Below are positions 1-9,218 of a DNA stretch of 64,000 nucleotides, one piece after another (position 1 is the stretch's first letter; the number at the start of each line of letters is the position of its first letter). The stretch spans positions 1 through 64,000 of IMG/VR virus record IMGVR_UViG_3300032329_000471; one strand, written 5' to 3'. Made by a program: the position numbers and the translations under genes. The notes below the pieces were generated by a model that was not told where the DNA came from, made no database searches, and saw only the letters and a list, made by a program, of their open reading frames with translations. Source of the DNA: a virus. Lineage: Duplodnaviria; Heunggongvirae; Uroviricota; Caudoviricetes.

Positions 1-93
1 AGTTCTATTAGATTCTCCATCTTTGTACCATATATTACAAAGTTTACCATTAAATTTTTTCCATCCCATATACTCCGCTATCACCTCACTCAT
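1..93 (-). CDS. hypothetical protein, N-terminal fragment (continues beyond window start)
   Basis: Minus-strand ATG at 91-93 with the frame open to position 1 (MSEVIAEYMGWKKFNGKLCNIWYKDGESNRT...); same orientation as neighbouring genes. Confidence 0.4.
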   Translation of the reverse strand, partial: MSEVIAEYMGWKKFNGKLCNIWYKDGESNRT

Positions 94-113
94 TTGAGCG
101 ATTTGTTCGAGGG

Positions 114-470
114 TTAATTCTGTTTGCATATTGCGTAAGTTTTATTTAGTGAAAGATTTTGTGATTGTAATAGGGAGTTAAAAGATTCTAAAGCAGTAGG
201 ATAAATGTTCCAGTAGTAGTCATAATCTTCATACCCACAATTCAGCATATGTTTATAAACTATCCCCTTCGCTATATCCTCTGTAATTGTTTCAGTGGTG
301 CATAGAAAGGTGTAGTTTCCTTGAATAATATCACTCCAATTTGGAACTTCATTAATTGAATAAAATAATGAACAAGTATTATCTGGATATTCTTCTATAA
401 AATAATCTTTTGCATATTTAGGGACTTCCACAAATATGTAAGTACCATTACTCGTTGTTACTGTTGTCAT
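114..470 (-). CDS. hypothetical protein (118 aa)
   Basis: ORF in the track; part of the leftward operon. Confidence 0.6.
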   Translation of the reverse strand: MTTVTTSNGTYIFVEVPKYAKDYFIEEYPDNTCSLFYSINEVPNWSDIIQGNYTFLCTTETITEDIAKGIVYKHMLNCGYEDYDYYWNIYPTALESFNSLLQSQNLSLNKTYAICKQN

Positions 471-472
471 TG

Positions 473-658
473 TTAGTTAGTTTTAGGTGGTGTAGGTAAA
501 GGCATCCAATGGGAGATAGATTCAGCTATTTTACTTTGTGATGGTACAAAATAACCAGTATCAATATCCGTTTCACAACTTCTATTTCCTAAAGTATCAT
601 AAAATAATACACGTTGATAATCATTAGGTAGCTTGTCTTTTACACTTATCCATTCCAT
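473..658 (-). CDS. hypothetical protein (61 aa)
   Basis: ORF in the track; tightly packed with the downstream gene. Confidence 0.45.
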   Translation of the reverse strand: MEWISVKDKLPNDYQRVLFYDTLGNRSCETDIDTGYFVPSQSKIAESISHWMPLPTPPKTN

Positions 659-878
659 AATATTTTATATTTTATTTTATTTTTTATCAGTTATTAAATA
701 CGGATTCTTATCACCTAATGTTCTAGGGTCTATTGAATTAATTGTATCAGGGAATATATTTATTCTACGAGAGAATAGATATTGGAATTGTATAAATCTA
801 AAATATTACCACTAACAGGTAACTGTATTTTCACCCCACTATTCAAGTAGTGTATTAAGTTGTTATTTGTTGTCATTG

Positions 879-1604
879 TTAATTATTTAAAGTTTTACCT
901 ATTGTGAATTGCCCATCTTGATAAATAAGATACTCACCAGACGTTCCTAACGTATCAATAAAATAATATCTACCACCAGTAGCTTTACCTTGAATATCAA
1001 TCTGAAATTGTTGAGTATGACCAACTACTTGAATAACTTCTTTACGAAGCTTATTATAGTTATCAGCCATCAGAGAACGCGGTCTAATCCATATTGGTGT
1101 TTGGTAAACATTATCTCCATAAGAATCTCTACCATTAAAAACAAAAGTTTTAGGTTGATATTTAAACTTCTCATTAAGAAGTTCTACAATATCTTCTGTT
1201 TTCCATCCATCTTTACCAAATGTAATATCCATAAACGTTTCACTAACGCCCGCGTGTGTACATAATACATCATCAAACCTATAAGCCATCTGTAGATGTT
1301 CTCTGTTTTCATCTATCACTTGATTAATACTAGGCGCTATATTAGTTTGATACCCGCTTGTACCAGTGTATCCTATTTCTGGAAAATAATGATGGTCGTG
1401 ATTACCAACTAACATTATAACTTCAGTATTAGTTGATTTCTTATATTCAATAATCTCTTTAAAATTAGCTATTTGTTCTACTCCACTAATATCAAATGAA
1501 TCAAAGTAATCACCAATAAAAACAACTCTATCTGGTTTCTCTTGATATACTATTAGTTTCCATGTGGATCTTCCATGAAGATCTCCTATTAATACTGTTT
1601 TCAT
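879..1604 (-). CDS. calcineurin-like metallophosphoesterase (Ser/Thr protein phosphatase family)
   Basis: Motifs GDLHG, GDYFD and GNHDHH in canonical order. Confidence 0.8.
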   Translation of the reverse strand: MKTVLIGDLHGRSTWKLIVYQEKPDRVVFIGDYFDSFDISGVEQIANFKEIIEYKKSTNTEVIMLVGNHDHHYFPEIGYTGTSGYQTNIAPSINQVIDENREHLQMAYRFDDVLCTHAGVSETFMDITFGKDGWKTEDIVELLNEKFKYQPKTFVFNGRDSYGDNVYQTPIWIRPRSLMADNYNKLRKEVIQVVGHTQQFQIDIQGKATGGRYYFIDTLGTSGEYLIYQDGQFTIGKTLNN

Positions 1605-1813
1605 GATGTTGGTATTGTATCATCTATTAATTCTCTAAGAAATACACGATGAAACTCTATAGCTTCATTCATTATTTCACGTTCTTTATCTGTTAACTCT
1701 CCTTTTTCATCAAGAGATTTTATAGAAACTTTAAGTTCTAATAACGAATACTTTTTAAAGAAATATAAAGCTTTCTTTTGTGTACTATTAAGTATTGTTG
1801 ATATATTACTCAT
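1601..1813 (-). CDS. hypothetical protein (70 aa)
   Basis: ORF in the track; 4-nt overlap with the phosphatase gene start suggests translational coupling. Confidence 0.55.
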   Translation of the reverse strand: MSNISTILNSTQKKALYFFKKYSLLELKVSIKSLDEKGELTDKEREIMNEAIEFHRVFLRELIDDTIPTS

Positions 1814-1858
1814 TTATTTATTTTTTTAATTTACACTGGATATGAATCATCTACATTA

Positions 1859-2113
1859 TCACTTTCCAATATACCAAAAATTATAGTATTTTTTTCTTAA
1901 TGGTTTGGATCTACAGTATTTACAAGTATATTTACATTTATCATCTTCTTTTTTAATACATCGTTCGTAACCTATTTTTCTATTAGGAAAACTTTCTAAA
2001 CAATAAGCCAATTCTTCACGAGTTTCAAAACCACGTTTTCGATATGATTTATTAATCCAACAAATTGTTTTAAACTCTAATTGAAGATTAGCATTTTTTT
2101 TATATTTTTTCAT
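1859..2113 (-). CDS. hypothetical Cys-rich basic protein (84 aa)
   Basis: ORF in the track; C-terminal CKYTCKYC cluster. Confidence 0.5.
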   Translation of the reverse strand: MKKYKKNANLQLEFKTICWINKSYRKRGFETREELAYCLESFPNRKIGYERCIKKEDDKCKYTCKYCRSKPLRKKYYNFWYIGK

Positions 2114-2115
2114 TA

Positions 2116-2289
2116 TTATTTATTTAAACGTGATTCACTAAAACCTAGTTCTTTAGGTCCATTTACTATATCTAAATGTAAAGTAAGAATGTTTACTTTT
2201 ACCATGAAGATATTTATGTATAGTTGTACGATGTATACCAAATTGTTCAGATACTTCTTCTTGAGTTCTAAATTTTTTGTATAACTCAT
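2116..2289 (-). CDS. small hypothetical protein (57 aa)
   Basis: Manually translated minus-strand ORF MSYTKNLELKKKYLNNLVYIVQLY... filling the gap between flanking genes; absent from the track because it is under 60 aa. Confidence 0.3.
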   Translation of the reverse strand: MSYTKNLELKKKYLNNLVYIVQLYINIFMVKVNILTLHLDIVNGPKELGFSESRLNK

Positions 2290-2325
2290 CTTTTACATAC
2301 ACATCATTTTTACTTATAAACAAAA

Positions 2326-2739
2326 TTATTCTATAAGTCTAAGACCAAGTTCTACTGCTTCTTCTGTAGATAACACATCATGTATTTGATGATGACAATT
2401 ACGACATACCGCTTTCCATGAAGTTATTTTTAAAAAGTATTTAGATCTATCTTTACCTGAATAAAGATGATGGACGTCAGTAGATACACTAGTACATCCT
2501 ATTAATTTAGCTTCACAATGAGGTTTAGCTATTAAAAACAGATTTCTAAGTTTAGAATACTCATCAATCTCTTCTTTTTTCTTTTTACTAACCGGAGCTA
2601 TTCTTTTAGTACTTTTATTAATTGTCTTAGGCTGCTGGATATTATACCAGCAGCTTTGACAAAATTTTTCTTTACCTAGACTTTTCCAAATATGTTTAGA
2701 TTGATTACAACCGTTACATGTTTTTAATTTACTAATCAT
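2326..2739 (-). CDS. HNH endonuclease
   Basis: VHHLYSG...CRNCHHQIH motif plus an N-terminal CxxC pair. Confidence 0.75.
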   Translation of the reverse strand: MISKLKTCNGCNQSKHIWKSLGKEKFCQSCWYNIQQPKTINKSTKRIAPVSKKKKEEIDEYSKLRNLFLIAKPHCEAKLIGCTSVSTDVHHLYSGKDRSKYFLKITSWKAVCRNCHHQIHDVLSTEEAVELGLRLIE

Positions 2740-3263
2740 ACACTTAACTCAAAAAAGTTTAAAGGTAATATTTTAAACTCAATAAGTTTACTAGCAATCA
2801 TAACATTTGTTATCTTTAAGTCTTTAAATGATGACTTATTTTTTACATTGCTATCAATACCTTTAGTTTGAACAAAAGCTTTAGTAATTTTTGAGTGAGG
2901 AAATAACTTCATTAGAAACTCATCAACATCTTTATTAATGATTTCTTGTTTCCAATGATTTAAAAGTCTTTGTGTTCTTTCAAATGTCTTAACAATATTA
3001 TTCTTTTTAGTTTTAGACATTTCAACTAATTCATTTTCTGAATAAGTACTTAAACCATAAACAACCTCATTGTATAATGTTTGTTGAGTTTTGTTAAAAG
3101 GTTTAAATTCTAATTGTTGATACTTTGATACTCCTTTTAAAGGAATGTGTTTGTCTACTTGAATACCTTCGTAGTACAACCATTGATGTTTTTGTACATC
3201 TGTATAACAGATTAAAACACCTTTTTTTGAAGCAGACGCTGTCTTGTTCAAATTCATAATCAT
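2736..3263 (-). CDS. hypothetical protein (175 aa)
   Basis: ORF; 4-nt overlap with the HNH gene. Confidence 0.6.
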   Translation of the reverse strand: MIMNLNKTASASKKGVLICYTDVQKHQWLYYEGIQVDKHIPLKGVSKYQQLEFKPFNKTQQTLYNEVVYGLSTYSENELVEMSKTKKNNIVKTFERTQRLLNHWKQEIINKDVDEFLMKLFPHSKITKAFVQTKGIDSNVKNKSSFKDLKITNVMIASKLIEFKILPLNFFELSV

Positions 3264-3299
3264 TGTTTTTTGTTGTTAATAAATAATATATAAAATAAA

Positions 3300-3329
3300 A
3301 GAGACTCTATAAAAGAGTCTCTTTTTTTC
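3300..3329. terminator. bidirectional rho-independent terminator
   Basis: 9-bp stem AGAGACTCT / AGAGTCTCT with a 5-nt loop, flanked by an A-run upstream and a T7 run downstream. Confidence 0.6.
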
Positions 3330-3350
3330 ATTTTTTTATAATTTTTTCTA

Positions 3351-3821
3351 CTAATTGTTTAAATCAGCTGTTTTATTCGTCATATTTAACAACTCTTTTG
3401 CTACACGTTGTAAATCTTTGATTTCATCTGAGTTAGTATGACTAATAAACTCATCTAACGCTTTACTGTTAGGTGTGTAGAAAGTTTGACGATATATGGG
3501 TTGATCGTTATATCGACAAACAACATTAGTATCCCCAGCTAATTTAAGATCCCTGTTTGGATTAACAGGATTGAATGCTTCTAAAGATTCTTTTACAATA
3601 ATCTTTCCGGGTAATTCTTGACCCACTTTAAATTCACAAGCTAAAAGATCTTCTACTTTTCCTTTAATAAGAGCTGATCTTTTACTATTTTTTAACCATC
3701 CTTGTTCGCTAATTACACGAACAATTTGTTCTACACGAACATAACCTTGTTCCGGATTATTACTGGAAATACCAATAATATTACCTTGTTGATCTGCAGC
3801 AACTATTACTTTACTACTCAT
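3351..3821 (-). CDS. hypothetical protein (156 aa)
   Basis: ORF in the track. Confidence 0.6.
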   Translation of the reverse strand: MSSKVIVAADQQGNIIGISSNNPEQGYVRVEQIVRVISEQGWLKNSKRSALIKGKVEDLLACEFKVGQELPGKIIVKESLEAFNPVNPNRDLKLAGDTNVVCRYNDQPIYRQTFYTPNSKALDEFISHTNSDEIKDLQRVAKELLNMTNKTADLNN

Positions 3822-3867
3822 ACTTTTTTATTTTTTAGTAATAATAAGTTTTGAGTTATCCCAAAAC

Positions 3868-4131
3868 TTAATCTTCTAAACCAGTAATAGTGTAGTCTAT
3901 ATCAAGATCTGAATATTTTTCAATTTGATCCAAATCTGTTAAATCTGGAAATAAGTCTTCATCATCTATTAGAGATACTTTTTGTCTACTGAGTATTGAT
4001 CCATGCCAGGGATCCTCCACTACGTCTCCTTGATTTCGAGCTATTAATCTATCTAATTGATCATCAGTCATATCTAGATATTGTTCTACACTCATTTCTA
4101 TCACTTTTCCACTTGGTAATTGGTATATCAT
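3868..4131 (-). CDS. hypothetical acidic protein (87 aa)
   Basis: ORF in the track. Confidence 0.5.
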   Translation of the reverse strand: MIYQLPSGKVIEMSVEQYLDMTDDQLDRLIARNQGDVVEDPWHGSILSRQKVSLIDDEDLFPDLTDLDQIEKYSDLDIDYTITGLED

Positions 4132-4380
4132 TTTATATAATTTGTATAAAATTACCTATTTATAACAAATAATAATTATATGTTATAAGAATTAATGGAT
4201 GATAGAGCTATGACTATTTAAAATTTTTTAAGTGATAATACTTCTTTTTCCAAAAAGCATTTGTTTTATCAATATTTTTTTGACTTTCTTTTAACTTTTC
4301 TTCAAGTTCACTGATTTTAGTTTTTAATATTTCAACTTCAGTGTTATTTTCTTTTTTTTTAATCTTATCAAACCACCCCA

Positions 4381-4896
4381 TTAACTTGTAAATTTATTGT
4401 ACAGATTAGCAAATAAACCTTCTCCAATACCACTTGGATCAATTTTTTCATCTTGAAACTCTAAAGATGTTGATGACTCAAAACCATCTTCTGTTACTTT
4501 CATGTTATTTCTAACAATATTGTATAAGCGTATAGTACAAAAGTCCGCGCAATCCATGTTAATAATTACGCCTTCGCTTGTTATTTCTTCATTAGTTTCT
4601 AATGATATTTCTTTTTTCCACATTTCAGAAACAAAACATACACATTTTATTTCTATATTTTTTTCTAGTATACTTTTTTTAATATCTGGTATAATATACT
4701 CAACAAAAAACTCTTTTTGTTCTTTATTATTCATTATTTTACCGGGTATAGGTATATGTATAACTATTGGTTTATCTTCTTCTAAATAATAACCAATTAT
4801 CGTAATATGAGGATATATACTTTTATTCTCATCAAAACTTTTAAGAACAAAACTAATTTGTTCTTTTTTTAATTTTTCAAATAACTCTTGATCCAT
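4381..4896 (-). CDS. hypothetical protein (171 aa)
   Basis: ORF in the track. Confidence 0.6.
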   Translation of the reverse strand: MDQELFEKLKKEQISFVLKSFDENKSIYPHITIIGYYLEEDKPIVIHIPIPGKIMNNKEQKEFFVEYIIPDIKKSILEKNIEIKCVCFVSEMWKKEISLETNEEITSEGVIINMDCADFCTIRLYNIVRNNMKVTEDGFESSTSLEFQDEKIDPSGIGEGLFANLYNKFTS

Positions 4897-5016
4897 CTTT
4901 TTAATTTAAAGATTTAATAAATAACTCACTACAAGTCTTTTTTCCTTTGGGTACGTTATCTCCTGTATCAGGATTCATAATAATCCTCATTTGTTAAATA
5001 TTCGTGTTTTTTCATA

Positions 5017-5553
5017 TTACTTGATTACATACTTAATACCACGAAGGATGACGTGATTTATCGTGCGCGGATCAACTAATCTAATACGAGCGTCATGTTT
5101 ATCGTTTATATCATGAGCTATTTCCATGTCTGTAAAATAAACGCGGCCAAAACTATCTACACTACCGGTATGTCTACCTTTCATAGTACGTTCTTCTCCT
5201 TCTAGAGCAATCTTTACAACTTTTTTAAGCTTTTTATCAAGTTCTTTTGGTGTACTTGTTTGATACACATTTTGAATTTCTTTTAACACATCTGCTTCTT
5301 TAACTTGTTTATTAAAGTTGATGGTCAACGCAACATTAGGAGAACTAATAAACAATTGAGCTAGTTCTGTTCTAGTTAATTCCATTTCTAAATTGTACTC
5401 ATCAGCTGAGCTTATATGAGCTTCAGCATACGCTTTACTTACTACGATTTTTTCATTCGTATCTGTTAGTAAAACAATTTGATCTTCATCTAAAATTTCT
5501 GAAACTACATAAAACTGTGTTTCACTTGCTACATTTCCTACTTTTAAACTCAT
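5017..5553 (-). CDS. hypothetical protein (178 aa)
   Basis: ORF in the track. Confidence 0.6.
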   Translation of the reverse strand: MSLKVGNVASETQFYVVSEILDEDQIVLLTDTNEKIVVSKAYAEAHISSADEYNLEMELTRTELAQLFISSPNVALTINFNKQVKEADVLKEIQNVYQTSTPKELDKKLKKVVKIALEGEERTMKGRHTGSVDSFGRVYFTDMEIAHDINDKHDARIRLVDPRTINHVILRGIKYVIK

Positions 5554-5582
5554 AATTGTTTATTTTTAGTGATTAAATACAT

Positions 5583-5610
5583 AAAAAAAACTCTAGATTT
5601 CTCTAGAGCT
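5583..5610 (-). terminator. rho-independent terminator (minus strand)
   Basis: Inverted repeat CTCTAGA / TCTAGAG; on the minus strand it is followed by a T8 run (plus-strand A8 at 5583-5590). Confidence 0.5.
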
Positions 5611-6241
5611 TTGGTAACAAAACAAAATCTGTGTGGAGGTGACCAGATTTTGTGTGGAGGTGGAGCATATGAGAATCGAACTCATGTCTCCAGAAGAACA
5701 CCATAATACCAACGTCTCACATGTTTAGCTACTCTGTTTCTCAGAAGCAGGAGATTAATCTGTGTTTTCACTGATTAGTAAAGGGCTGTACTGATTTAGG
5801 GTACAACATCCACCATCCTGATTTTTTAGCGTTGTACAGATAAACAACGGTAGTACTTTTAAAAGGTGTGTACTACTACCTTGAGTTTGTGACTTACTGT
5901 TCCACCCAAGTCACCAGGGGAAGAGTTACGCTGCTACAGCAACACGAGCGTTAGCGAACGCCATGTTAATGATTTTTGCACCGATAGCTTGATGATCAAC
6001 TGTGTTGTCATTTATTGTTTTGTGTAACGATTAAAGAGAATTAACACCATATCTCTACATGTAGTATTACCCATTACATCTGGATCGAACACCTTTATGC
6101 CCCATAAATAAAAAGCCGGGATCTAAGGAATCGAACCTCAATCTTAGTCTTTGGAAAGACCACGTTCTCTCATATTTATTTGATCATGTAAACATACCAA
6201 ATAAAATGATACCAATTAAACTACACCCCGATAAAAAAAAG

Positions 6242-6339
6242 TGGAAGGAGGAGGACTCAAACCTCCCAGTGATACTTGTAAAATCATATGATTTGCGGTC
6301 TATACATTTTACAGGATCTTACTGATCCATATCCCTCCC
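6242..6339 (-). ncRNA. tRNA-like element, non-canonical, about 98 nt
   Basis: Perfect T arm GGAGG-TTTGAGT-CCTCC; 7-bp acceptor pairing GGAGGGA/TCCTTCC with one G-U; the interior holds an 8-bp hairpin with a 21-nt loop instead of a standard anticodon arm. Confidence 0.35.
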
Positions 6340-6344
6340 ATGAG

Positions 6345-6428
6345 CAGTACACCTTGGATTCAAACCAAGAACCTCTCCTAAGCTTCGAAGCAAGTGGAGT
6401 GCCACTTTCTATTTGTAACTTGTGTACT
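6345..6428 (-). ncRNA. tRNA-like element, non-canonical, about 84 nt
   Basis: T arm CTTGG-TTTGAAT-CCAAG and a perfect 7-bp acceptor pairing AGTACAC/GTGTACT; the interior lacks recognisable D and anticodon arms and contains the palindrome GCTTCGAAGC. Confidence 0.3.
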
Positions 6429-6501
6429 TATCTCTAAGCTTTTACGTACGATATTACTTAGAGTATTACAACCACCTTCCGATAGTTCTTTAAATTTAAT
6501 G

Positions 6502-6574
6502 TTTGGGAGACAGGACTCGAACCTGTGACCTACCCCTTCTGCAGGGGCTGCTCTACCAACTGAGCTACTCCCAA
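6502..6574 (-). tRNA. tRNA (73 nt), anticodon identity uncertain
   Basis: Full cloverleaf read by eye: acceptor TTGGGAG/CTCCCAA, D arm GCTC-AGTTGGTA-GAGC, anticodon stem GCCCC/GGGGT with loop TGCAGAA, T arm ACAGG-TTCGAGT-CCTGT. The loop has G where U33 is expected, so CAG versus GCA is unresolved. Confidence 0.6.
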
Positions 6575-6637
6575 CACCTGTTTAAGGTACAAGTGAGCCA
6601 AACCTATTCTTTAAAATAATTATTTACTACCTAGACA

Positions 6638-6916
6638 CTACTGTTTTTTTAGTGATTTATATAAAATTAAACCACTAAATATTAATGTAGATAATAAATA
6701 TAAAGCACCTAATTGATAGTATAATGTTAAGAACACTAAAACATGTAATAACATTAGTAAAGAACACACTGCTCCTATAAAAGATACACTCTGTTTTTTA
6801 AACTCACATAGACAATACGCGATTAAAACAGGGGCGCGTTTGGTAAATAATACAACAATTAGGATACATAATAGTATCACTAATGTTATAATTAATGAAT
6901 CTAACATTTTATTCAC
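6638..6916 (-). CDS. small integral membrane protein (92 aa, about 3 TM segments)
   Basis: Strongly hydrophobic ORF; overlaps the upstream paralog-like gene by 8 nt. Confidence 0.6.
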   Translation of the reverse strand: MNKMLDSLIITLVILLCILIVVLFTKRAPVLIAYCLCEFKKQSVSFIGAVCSLLMLLHVLVFLTLYYQLGALYLLSTLIFSGLILYKSLKKQ

Positions 6917-7187
6917 GTATTTTATTAATTAGATATCTAAAAAGAATAACTAATCCTGTAGCAGTTATTACAACAATAGGTATACACACCAAAGCCAACA
7001 CATAAAAATACAGAATAACAGATACTATTGTTACAACACCAAAAAATCCTATATCACCTATATCAGCATTATATTCAATCTTCTCAATAAGCTCTTTTAA
7101 AGCTTCTTTTCTATTGTCATCTCTAATAACAAATATTAAAAATAATATAACAATAACAACTGTTATAATAAAAGCGAGTAATAACAT
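6909..7187 (-). CDS. small integral membrane protein (92 aa)
   Basis: Hydrophobic ORF immediately downstream of the SPFH gene. Confidence 0.6.
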   Translation of the reverse strand: MLLLAFIITVVIVILFLIFVIRDDNRKEALKELIEKIEYNADIGDIGFFGVVTIVSVILYFYVLALVCIPIVVITATGLVILFRYLINKIRE

Positions 7188-7240
7188 AAAAATAATTTAA
7201 AAGAAAGAGAGAATAGTTTCTCTCTTTCTATTGTTAAAAA

Positions 7241-8110
7241 TTAGGGTTGTTTAAGCTGTAATATCATACCAGAACCTCCGCCTTGTACTTGACTAAGATG
7301 TCCATCCCAACGTTGCGCTTTTACAAGTTCAATATACTGTGGACTTTGACGTAACGCTTCTTGTTTTACCATAATTTCTCTAGCTTCAGATGATGCTTTA
7401 ATAACTCTAGAAGCACTATCTCCTCGAGCATCAGCTATCTTTTTATTAGCTTCAGCTATACTACTTTGTAGTTCTGTTACAGCGCGCTCAGCATCTTGTT
7501 TAGCTTGTATTTTAGCTGCTATAGATTTGGCTAGATTAGGATCTGTAGGTGTAGGTTGTTTTAATACACTAAATATAAGAGTTATACCTTGTGGTTCCAG
7601 CTGTTTATTTAATAAATCATTAACAGCATGTTCATATGCGGGTAGATTAGTTAATATACTATCGACTGTTATTAAACCAGATACATCTTGCATACATCTT
7701 CTTACAGTGTTTCTTAAAAATCCATTAGTTATAGTTTTCAAATCATCTGTTTTATATTTTAGATATAATTTAGACGCTTTATTAGGTATAATTTGATAGT
7801 TTAAACCTACATCCATTTTAAATCCAGCACCACCACTACATGCTACAGTAATCGCTTCATCATTACTACTACCTTCGTTATTACTTTCAGTCCAAGCTAC
7901 ATGTTCTTGTGTTGTTGGTAATGTTACAATATAACTTTGACCTGGTATGTAAAACTGCCATCCTGTTAACAAAGGAAGACTATCAATACCTCGATAATCA
8001 CCAGCGTTATCAATTTTAAAACCTACTTCAGTTGGCGATATTCGCGTCATACAACTGGTTAAACTAATCATTAGTACAATAAATGCTACAAAACTTACGA
8101 TGTTTTTCAT
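7241..8110 (-). CDS. SPFH/band-7 (HflC/stomatin-like) domain lipoprotein
   Basis: Signal peptide ending at the lipobox LTSC; SPFH-like core; C-terminal Ala/Glu-rich coiled coil (AKIQAKQDAERAVTELQSSIAEANKKIADARG) typical of HflK/C. Confidence 0.65.
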   Translation of the reverse strand: MKNIVSFVAFIVLMISLTSCMTRISPTEVGFKIDNAGDYRGIDSLPLLTGWQFYIPGQSYIVTLPTTQEHVAWTESNNEGSSNDEAITVACSGGAGFKMDVGLNYQIIPNKASKLYLKYKTDDLKTITNGFLRNTVRRCMQDVSGLITVDSILTNLPAYEHAVNDLLNKQLEPQGITLIFSVLKQPTPTDPNLAKSIAAKIQAKQDAERAVTELQSSIAEANKKIADARGDSASRVIKASSEAREIMVKQEALRQSPQYIELVKAQRWDGHLSQVQGGGSGMILQLKQP

Positions 8111-8169
8111 CTTTTTTCTTTTTTTTTGTTTTTTTAATAATTGTTATAAATAGAATTCAAATGTACGAT

Positions 8170-9210
8170 TTAAAAAGCAAACCCTTGGAAAGCTGAGTGG
8201 TATGTTCTTGCTTTCTCAATAACATACTTTTTAGATATTTCTATATCTTTACCATCTTTATCAGTGTCCCAATCTACTACAATTATAGTGTCATCAGAAA
8301 TAACTTCTTTAATTGTACCTAGATGTAAACCATCTACATAAAAATCAAAATGTGCATTATTCATACGTTTTTCAAACTTTTTTGGATCTATTTTAACATT
8401 TTGACCAATTATTTCAGGTTTCTTACCAGGTTCTAAAACAGTAACATCAAACATATTTTCAATCTTCTTAACATTGAATACATCTAAGAAGTTAACAGGA
8501 AGTTCATCATGAATATTAACTTCTGATACTATAGCTTTCACTATATCAACAGTTATTATTTCCAACTCAGCTATTGACTTAATAGTGTCATTTCTATGTT
8601 CTTTGTTGATTAACATATCATCAACAATTTCTGTAATGTTTTCGATAGAAAGATCTTTGAAAGTCTTTAAATAACGAATACGACCCGGGCGCTGTAACAT
8701 ATTACTGTTAATATACAGCTCATTAGTAGTAAGAATAAATACTTTTTTAAAACCATTATCCAATACACCATCCATTACGGTTAATACGCTGTAATCTTTT
8801 TCTGGATACACTTTTTCATATTCATCAATCATTACAACAATATTCTGTTGTATACTATTGATAAAACTAGGAATACCTGGATAAGGTTGATGAATAATAA
8901 TCACTGGAAGATTCAAATCATTACAGATTTGTTTTGATGTAACGGTTTTACCAGTACCTTTAATTCCCGTCATTAACACACCAAGATTAGTTGACATATT
9001 GTCATACGTCTTAATTACACGATTTATAAAATTTGTTTCTATTCCATACTTTTTATACGGAAAATCAAATTTGTCTTGTATCTGTGTTAAATACAGTTCT
9101 CCTTGTGGAGTCATGTTTAACTTATATACTCCTGTAGGTAGTATATTTTCTTGTTGACTCATTTCTCTCATGAAGAAATCTCCTGAGCTTCTCATCCATT
9201 GATTGTTCAT
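8170..9210 (-). CDS. AAA+ family ATPase
   Basis: Walker A GIKGTGKT and Walker B VVMIDEYE, followed by a sensor-like region. Confidence 0.7.
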   Translation of the reverse strand: MNNQWMRSSGDFFMREMSQQENILPTGVYKLNMTPQGELYLTQIQDKFDFPYKKYGIETNFINRVIKTYDNMSTNLGVLMTGIKGTGKTVTSKQICNDLNLPVIIIHQPYPGIPSFINSIQQNIVVMIDEYEKVYPEKDYSVLTVMDGVLDNGFKKVFILTTNELYINSNMLQRPGRIRYLKTFKDLSIENITEIVDDMLINKEHRNDTIKSIAELEIITVDIVKAIVSEVNIHDELPVNFLDVFNVKKIENMFDVTVLEPGKKPEIIGQNVKIDPKKFEKRMNNAHFDFYVDGLHLGTIKEVISDDTIIVVDWDTDKDGKDIEISKKYVIEKARTYHSAFQGFAF

Positions 9211-9218
9211 TGTTGTTA

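Noticed and set aside
633-815. Plus-strand 60-aa ORF in the track
   Set aside because: Highly hydrophobic, low-complexity translation of AT-rich intergenic sequence. Opposite to all flanking genes and overlaps the end of 473..658.
990-1265. Plus-strand 91-aa ORF inside the phosphatase gene
   Set aside because: Antisense to a well-supported metallophosphatase ORF. Low-complexity translation.
2081-2284. Plus-strand 67-aa ORF
   Set aside because: Antisense to the minus-strand gene string. A minus-strand 57-aa ORF fits the gap better.
4502-4789. Plus-strand ORF inside 4381..4896
   Set aside because: Antisense shadow ORF. Hydrophobic low-complexity translation.
5640-5700. Possible tmRNA, because the minus-strand 3' end reads GCTCCACCTCCA, similar to the tmRNA acceptor end
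   Set aside because: No matching 5' acceptor strand, tag reading frame, or pseudoknot region within 400 nt. Better described as an acceptor/T-arm minihelix.
6075-6100. Additional T-arm-like motif GGATCGAACACC
   Set aside because: The flanking stems do not pair and no acceptor pairing was found. Probably a chance GTTCGA-like string.
7527-7796. Plus-strand ORF inside the SPFH gene
   Set aside because: Antisense shadow of a motif-supported gene.
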